Shown here piece after piece: positions 11,972 to 24,010 of a DNA stretch of 64,000 nucleotides. Position numbers and translations under genes: made by a program. Under the pieces are notes generated by a model. That model was not told the origin of the DNA, did not search any database, and saw only the letters and a program-made list of their open reading frames with translations. Each line of letters opens with the position of its first letter. The first letter of the stretch is position 1. The DNA comes from Emiliania huxleyi CCMP1516 (Eukaryota): the NCBI RefSeq assembly GCF_000372725.1, contig NW_005201154.1, positions 118,843 through 182,842 of the forward strand, in the 5' to 3' direction.

Positions 11972-13861
11972 TCAGGCCATGGCCTTTGCGGAGGCGTTGG
12001 AGCCCTGCCGTTCCGAGAACGGAGCCTTGGAGATGCGGCCCGACGCCCTCGCGCTGCGGATCGAGTTTTGGATCTGCGACTTCTTCGTCTCGTCCGCGTC
12101 GCCAACCTCGTCGACGATCGGTGGGTCGACGAGGCCGCAGCACTGGCCCATCCAGAGGAAGATGGCCATCACCGCCACGGTGCCGTACGCAGCAGAGAAG
12201 CGCCATTTCACCGTCTTGGTGAAGAACTCCGGCGGCTCCGGTGAACCAGGGGCGCAATTCTCTTCGCAGTACAACATGCCGGACGGTTCCAGCCATAACT
12301 CCCAGGCCTCTTTGCTGGCTGCCACACCGTCCTGGTGCAGGAGGCCCACGGCGGAGAGGATCGCCGCCATGATGCACCACGCCATGGCGGCGCTGTACTT
12401 GCGGTCGATGAAGTGTATCGAGATGGCGCACAGGAAGGTCGACAGCAAGATGGCGCCCGGCTTGAGGGCCGCGAGGCCGAAGTAGGCGTTGGTGCCGATG
12501 CCGCCGTGGTTGACGCCGCTCGTGATGGCCCAGTCGAGGGTGGAGGGGAAGAGTCCGATGATGAAGGCCGGGTACTGGCGCGTGGGCATGCTGGCCATTG
12601 CCTCCTGGCAAATCATCATGCCCACGAAGAAGATGAGCGGGCAGACGGCGGGCAGCGGCACCGCCGCCGCGATGACGGCGAAGACGCTGAAGAGCGCGAA
12701 AACCATGAAGAGCGTGCAGTTGAGAAGCGCGTAGCAGACGCCCGCGTTGATCTTCTTGTACGCCGGGTGGCCGATGTAGACGCTGGTGCCGAACGGCGTG
12801 CCCAGAAAGGCGGCGATGCAGGCGCCAAAGCCGTCGCTGCACATCACCTCGATCACGTTGTACGAGTCACCGGCCTCCGCCGCTGAGAGGACATTCATGA
12901 GCGAGTTGGCCGACGCCGCAAAGGCGACCGGGATCAGCGTGCCGAGATACTCAGTGGCGTGCGTCCAGTCGGTCCACGCATCGTACCCCCAAGAGACGCC
13001 GCGCCACTTGACCTCTGAGCTCGCCGCCTTGATGCCGTCGACGTTTGCGATGCCGTCGGCCCACCCGAGCGCGATACCAGTCAGTGCAATCATGAGCGCC
13101 TGCGGGAAGCACCCCGTGTTGACGTTGCCGTAGAAGAGCGCGATGCACATGAAGAACGGAAGGAAGCCGGCGAGCGGCTCCGAAAAGTTGTTGGCTGCCT
13201 GCGCAAAGCCGAGGAAGGCGAAGCCGATGCCGGCGAGCGAGGTGAGCATGGCCGAGGTGGGCGTGAGGAGCACGATCAGGGAGCCGAATAGGCCGAGCAC
13301 TATGCAGATGCAGCCGCACATCAGGTTGCTCAGCACGCCGGCCTTCCAGCCCTCGGTCGCCGCTTCAGTCCAGCACGTCACATACTCCTCGTCTGTGAGG
13401 GTAATCCCGAGGTCCTCGGGTGGCGAGCAGCCATTGGGGAAAGTTGGGGATCCGAATGAGCATGCCATGGTGGCCGGCGATAAGACGCCGAAGATGAATG
13501 CGAACGCGCCGGGCGTGTTGATTCCAAAGGGGAGTGCCGTCACCTCGCCGTTGCGGTCCTCCTTCATGCCCAGCCGGATGGCCATCAGGGCGTAGTACAG
13601 GTTGCCATAGCACATGGTGCAGGCGAGACCCGGGACGGTCTTGGTGTAAATCAAGTCGTTCACCGCGTCGTAGTAGGGGGCTTTCACAGGATCAAGCCTG
13701 CCGACGTCCTCTGGCGGCATGCCGTCGTAAAAGCCGGAAAGCACGAGCTTGATGCTGCCAATCACGGCGAGCAGCGTCGCGAGATTGTCGAAGAAGAGCT
13801 GCGCCCAGCCCGCAATATCCCCCATCCGGGGCTTGATCTGCGCGCAAAAACTCCCCCCCAT
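11972..13861 (-). CDS. Intronless NCS2/AzgA-like (xanthine/uracil/vitamin C) permease, about 629 aa
   Basis: Many hydrophobic segments; GDIAGWAQLFFDNL, TALPFGINTP, SAAEAGDSY, GTSVYIGHPAYK. Start assigned to ATG at 13861. Confidence 0.85.
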   Translation of the reverse strand: MGGSFCAQIKPRMGDIAGWAQLFFDNLATLLAVIGSIKLVLSGFYDGMPPEDVGRLDPVKAPYYDAVNDLIYTKTVPGLACTMCYGNLYYALMAIRLGMKEDRNGEVTALPFGINTPGAFAFIFGVLSPATMACSFGSPTFPNGCSPPEDLGITLTDEEYVTCWTEAATEGWKAGVLSNLMCGCICIVLGLFGSLIVLLTPTSAMLTSLAGIGFAFLGFAQAANNFSEPLAGFLPFFMCIALFYGNVNTGCFPQALMIALTGIALGWADGIANVDGIKAASSEVKWRGVSWGYDAWTDWTHATEYLGTLIPVAFAASANSLMNVLSAAEAGDSYNVIEVMCSDGFGACIAAFLGTPFGTSVYIGHPAYKKINAGVCYALLNCTLFMVFALFSVFAVIAAAVPLPAVCPLIFFVGMMICQEAMASMPTRQYPAFIIGLFPSTLDWAITSGVNHGGIGTNAYFGLAALKPGAILLSTFLCAISIHFIDRKYSAAMAWCIMAAILSAVGLLHQDGVAASKEAWELWLEPSGMLYCEENCAPGSPEPPEFFTKTVKWRFSAAYGTVAVMAIFLWMGQCCGLVDPPIVDEVGDADETKKSQIQNSIRSARASGRISKAPFSERQGSNASAKAMA

Positions 13862-14729
13862 GGCTGCGGCGTCGGCTGCGGCGGCGGCTATCGAGGGGGG
13901 GATAGCGTCGATCGGTCCGTCGGGGGACTGCCTGATTGGATTATAAGCGGGATCTTCACGATCGGAACACAGAAAAACCAACCTCAGTAAGTGCTCCAAG
14001 TGCTCAGTGCTAGAAGTGTTCCGCCGGGCTGCGCCAGCACAAGAGAGAAGAAGAACCTCGACAGCTCACTGCCGGGCGCGTATGCTATGCATGGAGGCGG
14101 CGTCATTGTCCTGGGCCGAAGCAGGCGCCACATTGCGTCCCCGGTGACCAAAACAGCACTCACGGAGCAGCCCCGCGATCGCCCCCCCGCCTTCCTATTC
14201 TTTTTTTCTAAAATTCCGGCTGAGAGTTGCTGGAAATTCACTTTGTTTTTTTTTTTGAGCTTAGCCTTCGATGTTATGAAACAAACGCAAGGCGGACATG
14301 GCATATCGCTCTCGGGCCCACAGACATCCCGCACACCCGCCGCCCCCGCGCGCGCCCCACCTCGGCCGGGAGAAAGGGGAGTGACAGTTTGGGATGGACA
14401 GCCCGAGTATGTTGAGTCCTGGCTCAACAACGCAGGGAACAAGAGGGGGTGGTCCGGCTCACAAGTCCAGCTCACGCGCCTCGAGCTTAACATCTACCGC
14501 ACTGGTCACTTCCGCCCCCTCGCTCCCAACCCATCCACCTCGCCCCGGGCCGCGCCGCGCGATCTCGGGCGATCTCGCGCGATCTCGGGCGATCTCGCGC
14601 TATCTCAGGCGATCTCGGGGCCGCGCCGCGCTATCTCGGGCGATCTCGGAGCGTCGCTCGCGCGGCGTCACACCTGCTCAAAAAAGGAAGGAGGTTGGAG
14701 GCAGGAGGTCGCCCCTTTGTTTTTTTGCG

Positions 14730-17281
14730 ATGTCAACCCTCTTCGCTCCGCTGCTCTTCGCGCCACTGGCGCTGTTGCTCGCGCTCCTCTCCGCGTGCCT
14801 GCTGTCTCTGCGCCTGCGTGTCGTCAGGGCTCGCCGCGTGCTCGGCGTGCTCCACCCATACGCCAACGACGGCGGCGGCGGCGAGCGCGTCTTGTGGGTC
14901 GCGCTCCGAGAGCTGCTTGCGCGGCACCAGCTGCAGGGCTGGCGTGTGGTGGTCTACACGGGCGACGCGGCCAGCGACGACGAGATCCGCGCGGCCACGC
15001 TGTCGCGCTTCGGCGTCGACGTGCCCGAGAGCGTCGAGTTTGTCCGCCTCCGCAGCCGGAGGGTGGTCGAGCCGTCCAGCTACCCGGTGGCGACGCTGCT
15101 CGGGCAGGCGGTGGGCTCGCTGCTGCTGCTGCTGGAGGCGCTGGCGCGGGCGCCGCCGAGCGTGCTGCTCGACACGACCGGCTATGGCTACTGCTACGCC
15201 GCCGCCAAGGCGCTCGGCGTGCGGCGGGTCGGCTGCTACGTCCACTACCCGATCCTCTCCTCTGAGATGGCGCGAGATGATGCGAGATGATGCGAGATGG
15301 CCCGAGATGGCGCGAGATGATGCGAGATGACGCGAGATGATCCGCCGGCTGCGTCCACCGCCTGGCACTCTCCTCTGGGATGGCGAGGGCGCTGGCGAGG
15401 AGGAGCTGGCGCCAGAGAGCTGGCGCCGGAGAGCGGGCGCATGACACGCTCCAGGACACGGCAGAGTGCCGACAGGTGGACCTGTCCTGGACCTGTCCTG
15501 GACTAGCCTCCAAAGGTGGGCGCAGTCGAGCGGCGCGCCGGCGCGCACAACAACGCGGCGCGCATCGCCAGCTCCCCCGCCCTCACCTCGCTCAAGCTCG
15601 CCTACTACCGCGCCCTCGCCGCTGCGTACGGCGCCTCTGGCGCCGCTGCGGACGTCGTCGTCGCAAACGGCGAGAGCGGCGCGCGGCCTCAGATGCAGCG
15701 AGCGAGACTTGAGGCCTGGCCTCCTCCCCCCCCCTCCGCCAGGCTCGTGGACGGCGGGCCACCTCCGCTCGCTCTGGCGCGGTGCGGCCCGCCGGCCGCG
15801 GAGGTCGCTTACCGCCATGAATGACTGGTCAATGAGTCATGTAGCTGTTGATTGTACAGGCGCGGCCGGCCGCGTGGCGGTCGCCTTCCCTCCGTGCGAC
15901 TCGGCGGCTCTCCTTGTCCATCCTCCTTCTTCATGATTGATGAGAGGAGTGATGAGTGATAGGTGCGATACGGCGGCTCTCCGCGCGCTGCCGCTCGAGC
16001 GCCGCGCCGCGCCCCTCCTCCTCCTCTCCGTCGCGCAGTTCCGTCCCGAGAAGGAGACGCTCGCCCTCCCCGATAGAGCGGGCTGTGCTGCCGGGACGCC
16101 ATGGGCCTGAGACGCCCCCTCCTCCCCTCCACCCCTCCCTCCCCTGCCCCGAAGGACCACGCACTCCAGCTGAAGGCTTTCGCCGCCCTGCTCCGCCGCG
16201 CCTCCGCCTCCGCCGGCGACACGCCGCCGCCGCGCCTCCTGCTGGTGCTCGCAGGCGCCGCCGCCCCCTCTCCCGCTGCCCCCTACCTGTCTCTGGCCGC
16301 CCCTCCCCCCCTCCCTCCCGCCGCCCCCCTCTNNNNNNNNNNNNNNNNNNNNNNNNNNNNNNNNNNNNNNNNNNNNNNNNNNNNNNNNNNNNNNNNNNNN
16401 NNNNNNNNNNNNNNNNNNNNNNNNNNNNNNNNGGTCGTGGCCGAGGACCGCCATGTACCGAGGTTTTTTTTTTCCATAAATTGTATCTCCCCGAGTTGTT
16501 TGTTTTTTTGGTTCTGGCACAGTTTTTCTCCCGAAAAAAAAATGGGGGGGGGAAACGGGGGGGGGGGTGTTTTGTGTCGGAGCCCCCCCCCAAAGGGGTT
16601 TTTTCCCCCCCCCCCCCTGAAAAGGTGGGTCTCCCCCCGAATTGGGAAGTCCCCTTTGGCATCGGGTTGGTGGAATTTATGGCCCGAGGGGGGGGGCTTT
16701 TTCCACCCCTCTTTCCCCGGGGGGGAGTTTTTGCGCGCAGATCAACCACCCGACCGCTGGCCCTTTTCCCTGGTTTTTCTTCGCCTTTGACTGGGGGGGG
16801 GCCCCCCCCCCCCCCCCCCGCGCCGCGCGCCTCTTCCCACAGGCGTCCCTCCCGTCGCGCACGCCTCCGGAGGCCCGCTGCTCGACATCGTCAAGCCGCG
16901 CGGAGAGGCTGCCGAGCCGTAGCCGAGATTCAGCCGTGATACCCGAGATGTGCCCCGAGATGCAGCCCAGATGCAGCCCCAGATGCAGCCCCAGATGCAG
17001 CCCCAGATGCAGCCCCAGATGCAGCCGGAGAGGGGCGGAGAGGGAGGGGCCGCCCCGCAGCCAGCCCAACAGGAACCCCCCCTCCCCGCGGCAAGGTTGG
17101 GCTGCTCGCGGCGACAGAACGCGAGTACACCGAGGCCCTCGCGCAGCTGACGCTCGCGCCGCGCGCCGCGCAGCGCCGCGCCGCCATGGCGGCCGCGGCG
17201 CGCGAGTCGGTGGCGACCCGCTTCTCCGACGAAGCCTTTGCGCAGGCCTTCTGCGCGGAGGCTGGCCGGCTGTTGGCCTGA
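14730..17281 (+). CDS. ALG11: GDP-Man:Man3GlcNAc2-PP-dolichol alpha-1,2-mannosyltransferase; multi-exon, interrupted by an assembly gap
   Basis: N-terminal TM helix; HPYANDGGGGERVLW, DTTGYGY, YVHYPIL, KLAYY, SWTAGHL, VAFPPCD, AQFRPEK|DHALQL, C-terminal RFSDEAF. Confidence 0.9.
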
Positions 17282-17625
17282 GGCTGCCGTGGCTCGCTGC
17301 TGCTGCGCCACCGGTGCACGCACCGGCGCACCGGCCGCACCGGCAAGACCCCCCAAAGCTTGCCAAGTCGCGAGTGCAATGCCGCCCTCGCGCTCGTGTG
17401 GGTGTTTTTTTATCAAATTGATCATCTCGACGCCCCCCTTCCCGCACAGCGCTACGTCGTACGTGGTGTTCGCCCTTCCCATTGGCCCCCATGTGCAAAA
17501 CGCCACACCCTTTGTGGCTTTGCATCTGGAGCTGCCTTCGCGAGATTCATGCGAGGACGGCGAGCCCCCCCCCGCCCACCCACCCAGGACAGGCTCATTG
17601 ACAACCTGCTCTGCTCCCCCTTCGC

Positions 17626-18604
17626 TCACTGCCCCAGCCCCCACGCCTCGATCTTCTTGGGCAGCAGCTGGTTCTGCTGGTCGCCGTGGCCCAGCTTGCC
17701 ATGGTATCCATGGCCCCAGCTCCAGACACCGCCGTCGGCGGTGATGGCGAGGCTGTGCGCGGGTCGGCGGTGATGGCGAAGCTGTCGTGCGCTCCAGCCG
17801 ACACGGCGACGACGCGCCGGGCAGTCAAGGCCTCAATCTTCTTCGGCAGCAGCTGGTTCTGCTGGTCACGTGGCCCAGCTTGCCATCCTCGCCATCGCCC
17901 CAGCTCCAGACAGCGCCGTCGGCGGTGATGGCGAAGCTGTCGTGCGCTCCAGCCGAGACAGCGACGACGCGCCGCCCAGCAAAGGCCTCGACCTTCCTCG
18001 GCAGCAGCTGGCCCTGCTCGTCGCCGTGGCCCAGCCTGCCAAAGCTTCCATGGCCCCAGCTCCAGACAGCGCCGTCGGCGGTGAAGGCGAGGCTGTGGCC
18101 GCCTCCAGCCGACACACTCACGGCGCACTCGTCACCCAGCGTCGACGGGAGGCGGGTCAGCGTGTTGAGCCGGGTCACGCCCTCGCCGTGGCCGAGGAGC
18201 CCTGGCGTCCAGTCCTCGGCCTTCCCACACGACGACAGCCGCCCCTCGCCGTCGATGAAGAGGCTGTGCCGAGCGCCTCCCGCAGCCCTTGCCGGCGCGT
18301 TGGACTCGCGCAAGAGCGCGGCAAAGCACAGCCAGCGCACGGCGCAGCCCTCGCCCTCTGGTTGCGCCGGCAGCTCGAAGCCGCGCTCTTGCGCCCACAA
18401 GCGGATGCCCTCCTCCGCAAGCGAGGCGTGGAAGAGGAGCGAGACGGCCGCGACGCGAGCGATGTCGATGGGGCTGTCGAAGCGAGAGAGGGCGCGCTCG
18501 AGGAGCTCCCTGGGGAGGTCGAGGAGGCGGGCGGGCGGCGGCGCGTCCGGCGAGGGGGCGGCGGTGGAGGAGGAGGCGAGGCGGCGCGAGCGGCGGGTGG
18601 ACAT
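17626..18604 (-). pseudogene. F-box-like + RCC1-repeat gene, frameshifted and shortened paralog of 54566-55843
   Basis: LLDLPRELLERAL; repeats VSAG..HS..TADGAVWSWG.G..G.LGHGD. 1-bp loss near 17868 (CTGGTCACGTGG versus CTGGTCGCCGTGG) and a short internal duplication at about 17730-17790. Confidence 0.7.
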
Positions 18605-18697
18605 ACACACACATACAAGGGAAAACGATCACTTCGCGCGCCGGCGTTGCGGGCAGTAACGACCTTCTTCTTGGCCCCGAGCGGGCTGCCGCCTCTA

Positions 18698-20134
18698 ATG
18701 CAGAGCGAGTTCGACACCGCCGCCCGCGCCGCCGTCGCCGCCGCGCTGCGCGGCGAGATGAGCCTCCTCTCTGCGATTGGCGAGCTCGCATCGTTGGCGC
18801 GGGTGCTCGAGGCTCCGCTCCCGGAGGTGCTTTCTGCGCTCAGCTTCGCTGGCCGGGCCATGCCCCTGGCGTCGGCCAGCGAGACGGACCTCTGCGAGCT
18901 GCTCGCCTCCTTGCGAGGCCTCCCTCTCTGCCTTGCAGACACGGGCGAGGGCGCGCTCCACGCTCTACGCCATTCCCTCGAGCGGCGCGTCGCCGAGTCG
19001 GTCGAGGACGGCGGGCAGGCGCTGGAGCTGGCGGCGCTGTGCACGCTGATGCCGCGCTGGGCACAGGCTCTGCCGCAGACTGGCGCGCACCGCGCCAAGC
19101 AGCTGCGCGCCGTCGCCGAGAACCTCTGCGCCATCCACCGCTCTGCTGTGCCGCCACTTTGCCGGCTGGCGGCACTCACCTCTCTGACCCCAGTCGCGCT
19201 TCTGGACGTGGGCAGCGGGCCGGCGCCGGCCGTTGTCTTCGACCACATGCTCTCCACCCTCGAGCGGGCGGTGCTGCACGCGGAGGGGAGGGCGGGTGCG
19301 AAGAGGGCGGAGGCGTCGGAGGAGGAGGCGGCGGTGAGGGAGGAGGCGGCGGGGGAGGGGGCGCTCGAGGCGGCTGTCGCAGCGGCCGAGGCTCAAGCTG
19401 CCGCCCTCGAGGAGGCGCAGCGCGGCGGCTCGGCCGGCGGCTCTGCCCTCGAGGAGGCCGCTGCCGGGGGAGGTGGGGCGCAGCGCCGTGCCGCGCTCAA
19501 GTCGTTTGTCCACCTGTACATCGGGGAGGGGGTCGGGGAGGGGGTCGGGGAGGGGGTCGGGGAGGGGGTCGGGGAGGGGGGCGGGGAGGGGGGCGGGGAG
19601 GCGCTGGAGGCCCTGGAGGGAGAGTACGCGGGAGGACAGGAGGGGTGCGGCGCGGGAGCGGAGGCCGCGGACGCGGACCCGCCGTGCGAGGGAGAGATGG
19701 GCAGGTTGGCGTGCGAGGGAGAGATGGGCAGGTTGGCGTGCGAGGAGCCCTCCATCGGCACCGACACCGCCGCCACAAACGCTGGTGCGGGCACGGCTGC
19801 CGATCCGAGGGCAGCGACGCCCACCGAGCTGTGCGCTGCGCTCGGCGTCGCGCGGCTGGTGCGGGCCGGCTCCCTCCCTCAAGGAGCCGAGGCGCGGCTC
19901 CTCTCCCTCGTCGCAACTTGCTCGCGCGAGGGCGCCGCGGGCGCGCAGGCGCCTGCCTCCGTCGCCGCCCTAATCCTCGCCGCCCTCATCGGCCCGCCGT
20001 GGGCCCGTCTCGCCAAGGCGCGCCCCGCCTGTCTCGCGCCGGTCGTCTCGGCGCTCGAGAGAAGCGTCGCCGCCAAGATCAACGGCGAGCACCCGACAGA
20101 GCTGCAGCTGGTCGCCGCAAAGTGTCTGGAGTGA
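18698..20134 (+). CDS. Hypothetical Ala/Leu-rich helical protein with Glu/Gly low-complexity centre (478 aa)
   Basis: ATG at 18698 in frame to TGA 20134; protein-like composition; divergent from the RCC1 gene. Confidence 0.55.
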   Translation: MQSEFDTAARAAVAAALRGEMSLLSAIGELASLARVLEAPLPEVLSALSFAGRAMPLASASETDLCELLASLRGLPLCLADTGEGALHALRHSLERRVAESVEDGGQALELAALCTLMPRWAQALPQTGAHRAKQLRAVAENLCAIHRSAVPPLCRLAALTSLTPVALLDVGSGPAPAVVFDHMLSTLERAVLHAEGRAGAKRAEASEEEAAVREEAAGEGALEAAVAAAEAQAAALEEAQRGGSAGGSALEEAAAGGGGAQRRAALKSFVHLYIGEGVGEGVGEGVGEGVGEGGGEGGGEALEALEGEYAGGQEGCGAGAEAADADPPCEGEMGRLACEGEMGRLACEEPSIGTDTAATNAGAGTAADPRAATPTELCAALGVARLVRAGSLPQGAEARLLSLVATCSREGAAGAQAPASVAALILAALIGPPWARLAKARPACLAPVVSALERSVAAKINGEHPTELQLVAAKCLE

Positions 20135-20545
20135 AGCCCTCCCACAAACAATGTGTGCTCATCCACAGTGAGACGATGAGATCTCATCTGCATACCAAAA
20201 CTGTTCTGAGTTAGAGCTAATCTGAGTCGTTGCTTTCGCCGGGACGCGCGCGGCCCGCCAGACCCACGCACGCGCAATGCGCAGGTTGCCGTGCGGGCAG
20301 CGCGGCGGCGGCGGGCGGGCCGCGTGAAAAGCTCGCCCGGGGCCGCACGTGAGAGAGGCGAAACTGAATCTGACATCTCTGCTGCTGGGGGGTAGTCGGG
20401 TAGAGGGGTAGTCTCACCTCTCACGTTGCCGCAGTAGGGGCACAGCGTGGCGTGGGCGGCGCCTTTGCCGCCCTCTCGTTTAATGCCCCCCCCCCCCCCC
20501 GCGCACACACACCCCACGTGACGATAGAGCCGTACCTCAGCTGTC

Positions 20546-22851
20546 TCAACTGCAGCCCACAAAGGATGCCTCGCCGTCGAAGCGTCGCAAGACCTCGCCT
20601 CGCTGCTTCCCGGCCATCATGTGCGCCCACAACCACAGCGAGTTGTCGAGGCCGTTCTTCAGCGCCGCCATTTTTGAGCCTTGCGTCAGCCCCGCCGAGT
20701 CCGTTAGTCTCCGCAGCAACCGCTCCGCGGGGTCACTGTCGAGAAGCAGTTGCCGCCGCCGCCCTGTGACGTCCGCGTCGTGCTCTGAGAACCGCTTCTC
20801 GTAGCGTACGCCCGCCGTCTCCTCCGCCAAGTGGTCCGGCACGCCCATCCGGCGAGCGAGATGGACGTACATATCGTCGAGGCACTCGGTGAAGCCGACG
20901 ACCCAGGAGAAGCCTTGCAGCTGCCGCCCGTCGGAGAGCTCGTACCTCGAGGACAGCAGCGCCTGCTTGGCTAGCTCGAGGTGCGCAGGGTTGAGCATCA
21001 CGTCCGGGTGCGGCAGGGACGACAGGGCCCCGACCAGCGCGTTGTTAACCCGCAGGCCCTGCTTGGGCCTGCCGGACCTGCGCATCGCCTGCGAATCGCG
21101 CTCGAGGAAGAGGAGCAGCGACTCGTCGTCCCATCGTGGCGTCTCGGGCATCGGAATCATGCCGAGTGTGCAGCGCCGGCTTCCGTCATTCACGACGACC
21201 GGTGGCTGCAGCGTGCAGTGCGCCCAGTGAGACATCGCACGCGACTTGCCGTCCCTCAGCGCCGTCACAAAGACGATTTTCGGCTCCGGGGATATATGCC
21301 ACGGCGTGAGCGCCTTCTGCATGTTGGCACCGCGCAGCGCAATGGCATCTAGCCCCGCGTGCTCCTCTCGCTTCATGCCTTCAATCTCGGCCACGACCGG
21401 CCACGAGAGCTCCGTGTCCAGCATCGTGTTGACGCAAGCGCGGGTCCCTCGCAATTCCCACGGCTCAAGGCCCTCCGGCATGGCGCCCATAGTGGGGCCG
21501 CAAAGCATGTTTGTCAGCGCAAACGAGAGCGAGGTCCCGCCCGTCTTTGCGACGTGCAAGTGCTCCCACAGGATATGAGCCGACGCGGGCCGGCAGACGC
21601 CATCTCCCGCACAGACGTACTCTGGCGGAATCGGTGCGCTGGTAGGGCGCGGGCTGTTGAAGTAGGCGGGCTGGGGGGCATCCGTGGTGTTGCCCTTGAA
21701 TAGCTCCTCGTCGATGCGGCTGAGCGGGCTCTCCTCCCGCCGCTGCGTGATGATCGGCGGCCACAGGCTGTACGAGTCGCGTACCGCCGCCGACTCGATC
21801 GCCTCCGCCACCTTTGCATCGACAGTGTTGTCGAGGGGCACCAGCTTGCGGACCAAGGTCGAACTTGCCTGAGGCGCGAGGGTCGAGCGGTTCCTGAGTC
21901 CGCTGTCCTGCTCCGACTCGCTGCTCGCATGCTAACGCGCCTCGCGGGTGGTTGCGTAGCCATGCAGGCACTTTGGCGAGAAGGAGGGCAGGTAGACCAG
22001 GCCCCTCTCGCCTTTGATGAACTGTTCCTGCGCAAGCGGGAATTCATAGCAGTACCCGAGGAAGAGCATTTTCCACGGCGCCGGTGCATGAACCTGGGCG
22101 GGCAGGGTGGGGAGGCGATTAGGTAGAGGCTATAGAGCCAGTAATGGCGTTGTATGTATGTAAAGATGTAACACATCTACAGCATGAGCCAGCGAATTGT
22201 AGACGATCCGGCTCGTGAAGACATGCTCGCCCTTGTACCTCCACCTTGTTGACAGGGTGGCGTCATCCTCGAAGACGACGCCGATGCTGAAGGGCGACTC
22301 GAGGAAGACATGGTGTGCACGGAGATGCGACAGACCCACGGCTCCGCGTGTGGTGGTGAAGGTCTGGTACCAGCGGCCAGTGAAGTTGTTGACCCATGAC
22401 CATTTGATGCTACCGTTCTGGATGCACGCTGCGAGGACGTCGGGCTTCTCAAGCTCTGCGCTCTGCACCGCCGGCACGATCACTTGTCTCGTGGGCGGAA
22501 GCTTCAGCTCGTCTGTGAGGAAGGCGCGCACCTGCTCGAGAATGGCAAGTCAGACGGGGGCTGCGTTTAACCATTGCCGAAGCGCTGCACTTACCTGCTC
22601 GTACCGCTCCGGCATCGTCACGACAAAGGCACCGGCCTGACGCGAGGAGGGTGACGTGCCCGCTAGTGTGCGTGCGGCTCGCTGGTCTTATCGTCGGCAT
22701 CTACCGGCAAGCTCACATTGATCCGTTCAAATGCATTGGCGACCGTCTCTATCTCGGGTCCGCCATTCAGAGCATCGTCTGCGACTGCCAGGCGCGTGGC
22801 CGCGACGATCATGCACGCATTTGAGAAGAGATAACTCCACTGACGCGACAT
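20546..22851 (-). CDS. Glycosyltransferase family 25-like domain fused to a sulfotransferase-like domain; multi-exon
   Basis: GT25-like: GAVGLSHLRAH, GVVFEDDA, WKMLFLGYCYE, PKCLHGYA, PLDNTVD, WPPIITQ. Then in the same exon HLHVAKTGGTSL and VTALRDGKSRAMSHW (PAPS-binding-type motifs), and WVVGFTE. Confidence 0.75.
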
Positions 22852-23429
22852 CAGCGCGGTTGAGTGGTGCCGGCGCAACACCCTACCCAGGACTCGTTCC
22901 CCGGCGCGCTGTTGGTGCATGTTGCACTTTGTGACATATATCATGGACTGGAGGATTGAGCGCGCGCAAGTATGTTTTGAGCACTGGATAGGGCCGATTC
23001 CGCATGGTACGGGAACCCTGATCGTCTCGCCCTCCCTCACTGGTGTAGTATGTTTGAGTGAGTAGCAAGTCTCATTTACTATTGCAAAATGCCTCATTCG
23101 CAACTACAGCGTGTGCCCCGGCGTCGACAGCGCGCGCGAAGACGTGTGTGCAATAACTCTCATCCGTGAAGAGAGCGCAAGGGGTTGCAATGGGCAGGGG
23201 GGTACTCGTACGTTCACCTCTCGTAAACAGCTAAACAAAAGGGGCACGGGATTTTCTTCTCTTTTGCGCCAGTCAGTGTTTAGTCGTGTGTGTCTTGTTG
23301 TCGGCTTTCAAACCCACGTCAAAGGCTCGGAGGTCGAGAACCGCGGGGACATGGCAAGGGCTCGCAGTGCGTCAGCCGGTCAGCCATCTCGGCACGCCCT
23401 TACCACTGGCCCACTTCGCGCCCCCGCAG

Positions 23430-24010
23430 GCGGGCTGGGTGCGCAAGGTGAGGAGCAACTTGAACCGCTTCGCCGCGCTCGGCCTCAAGCTCACCCTCTC
23501 GGAGATCGACATGCGTGTGCGCGACTGGCCCGAGGAAAGCAGAGCAACACGGCAGCGCATCGCCTACCGCGCGCTGCTCGCCGTCGCGCTGTCGCACCCG
23601 GCGATGGAGGGGATCACCTTTTGGGGCTTCACCGACAAGTACTCCTGGATCCACTACCGGTGCCGCCCCTCTGCCGTCGCCAGACACCAGCCCGCTCCAA
23701 GACACTCTCGGACGCAATGCCACCCTCAAGGTTCGGCGCCGACGAGCCGCTGCTCCTCGACAACGAGTACGGCCTCAAGCCGGCGTATATGGGCTGCAGC
23801 GACGGCGCGCTCGACGCGCTGCTCGCCGTTCGGTGCTTTGACGGGTGCGCACAACAACTTTGGCGCGGGATACACGAGACATGCAGCGACCCGAGGTGCC
23901 AGGGCTGCGCGGCTTGCTCGCCTCCCTCCGCGCCCTCCACTCCTCCGCCGCCCACACCCCCTCCGAGTACCTCGCCGCGCTGGGTCGTCACCTATATCGG
24001 ATGCTTCGTC
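23430..24010 (+). pseudogene. C-terminal fragment of a GH10 xylanase-like gene followed by a Cys-rich module and Pro-rich linker
   Basis: NLNRFAALGLKLTLSEIDMR, GITFWGFTDKYSWI, PLLLDNEYGLKPAY. The N-terminal two-thirds of the barrel is not found upstream. Confidence 0.7.

Noticed and set aside
16433..16830. Homopolymer-rich sequence and ORFs after the gap in ALG11
   Set aside because: Looks like a low-quality read end; not interpretable.
17870..18697. 5' extension of the 754-aa ORF (similarly 54629-55993 for the 632-aa ORF)
   Set aside because: Antisense shadows of the RCC1 genes; real starts are better placed at 18698 and 55994.
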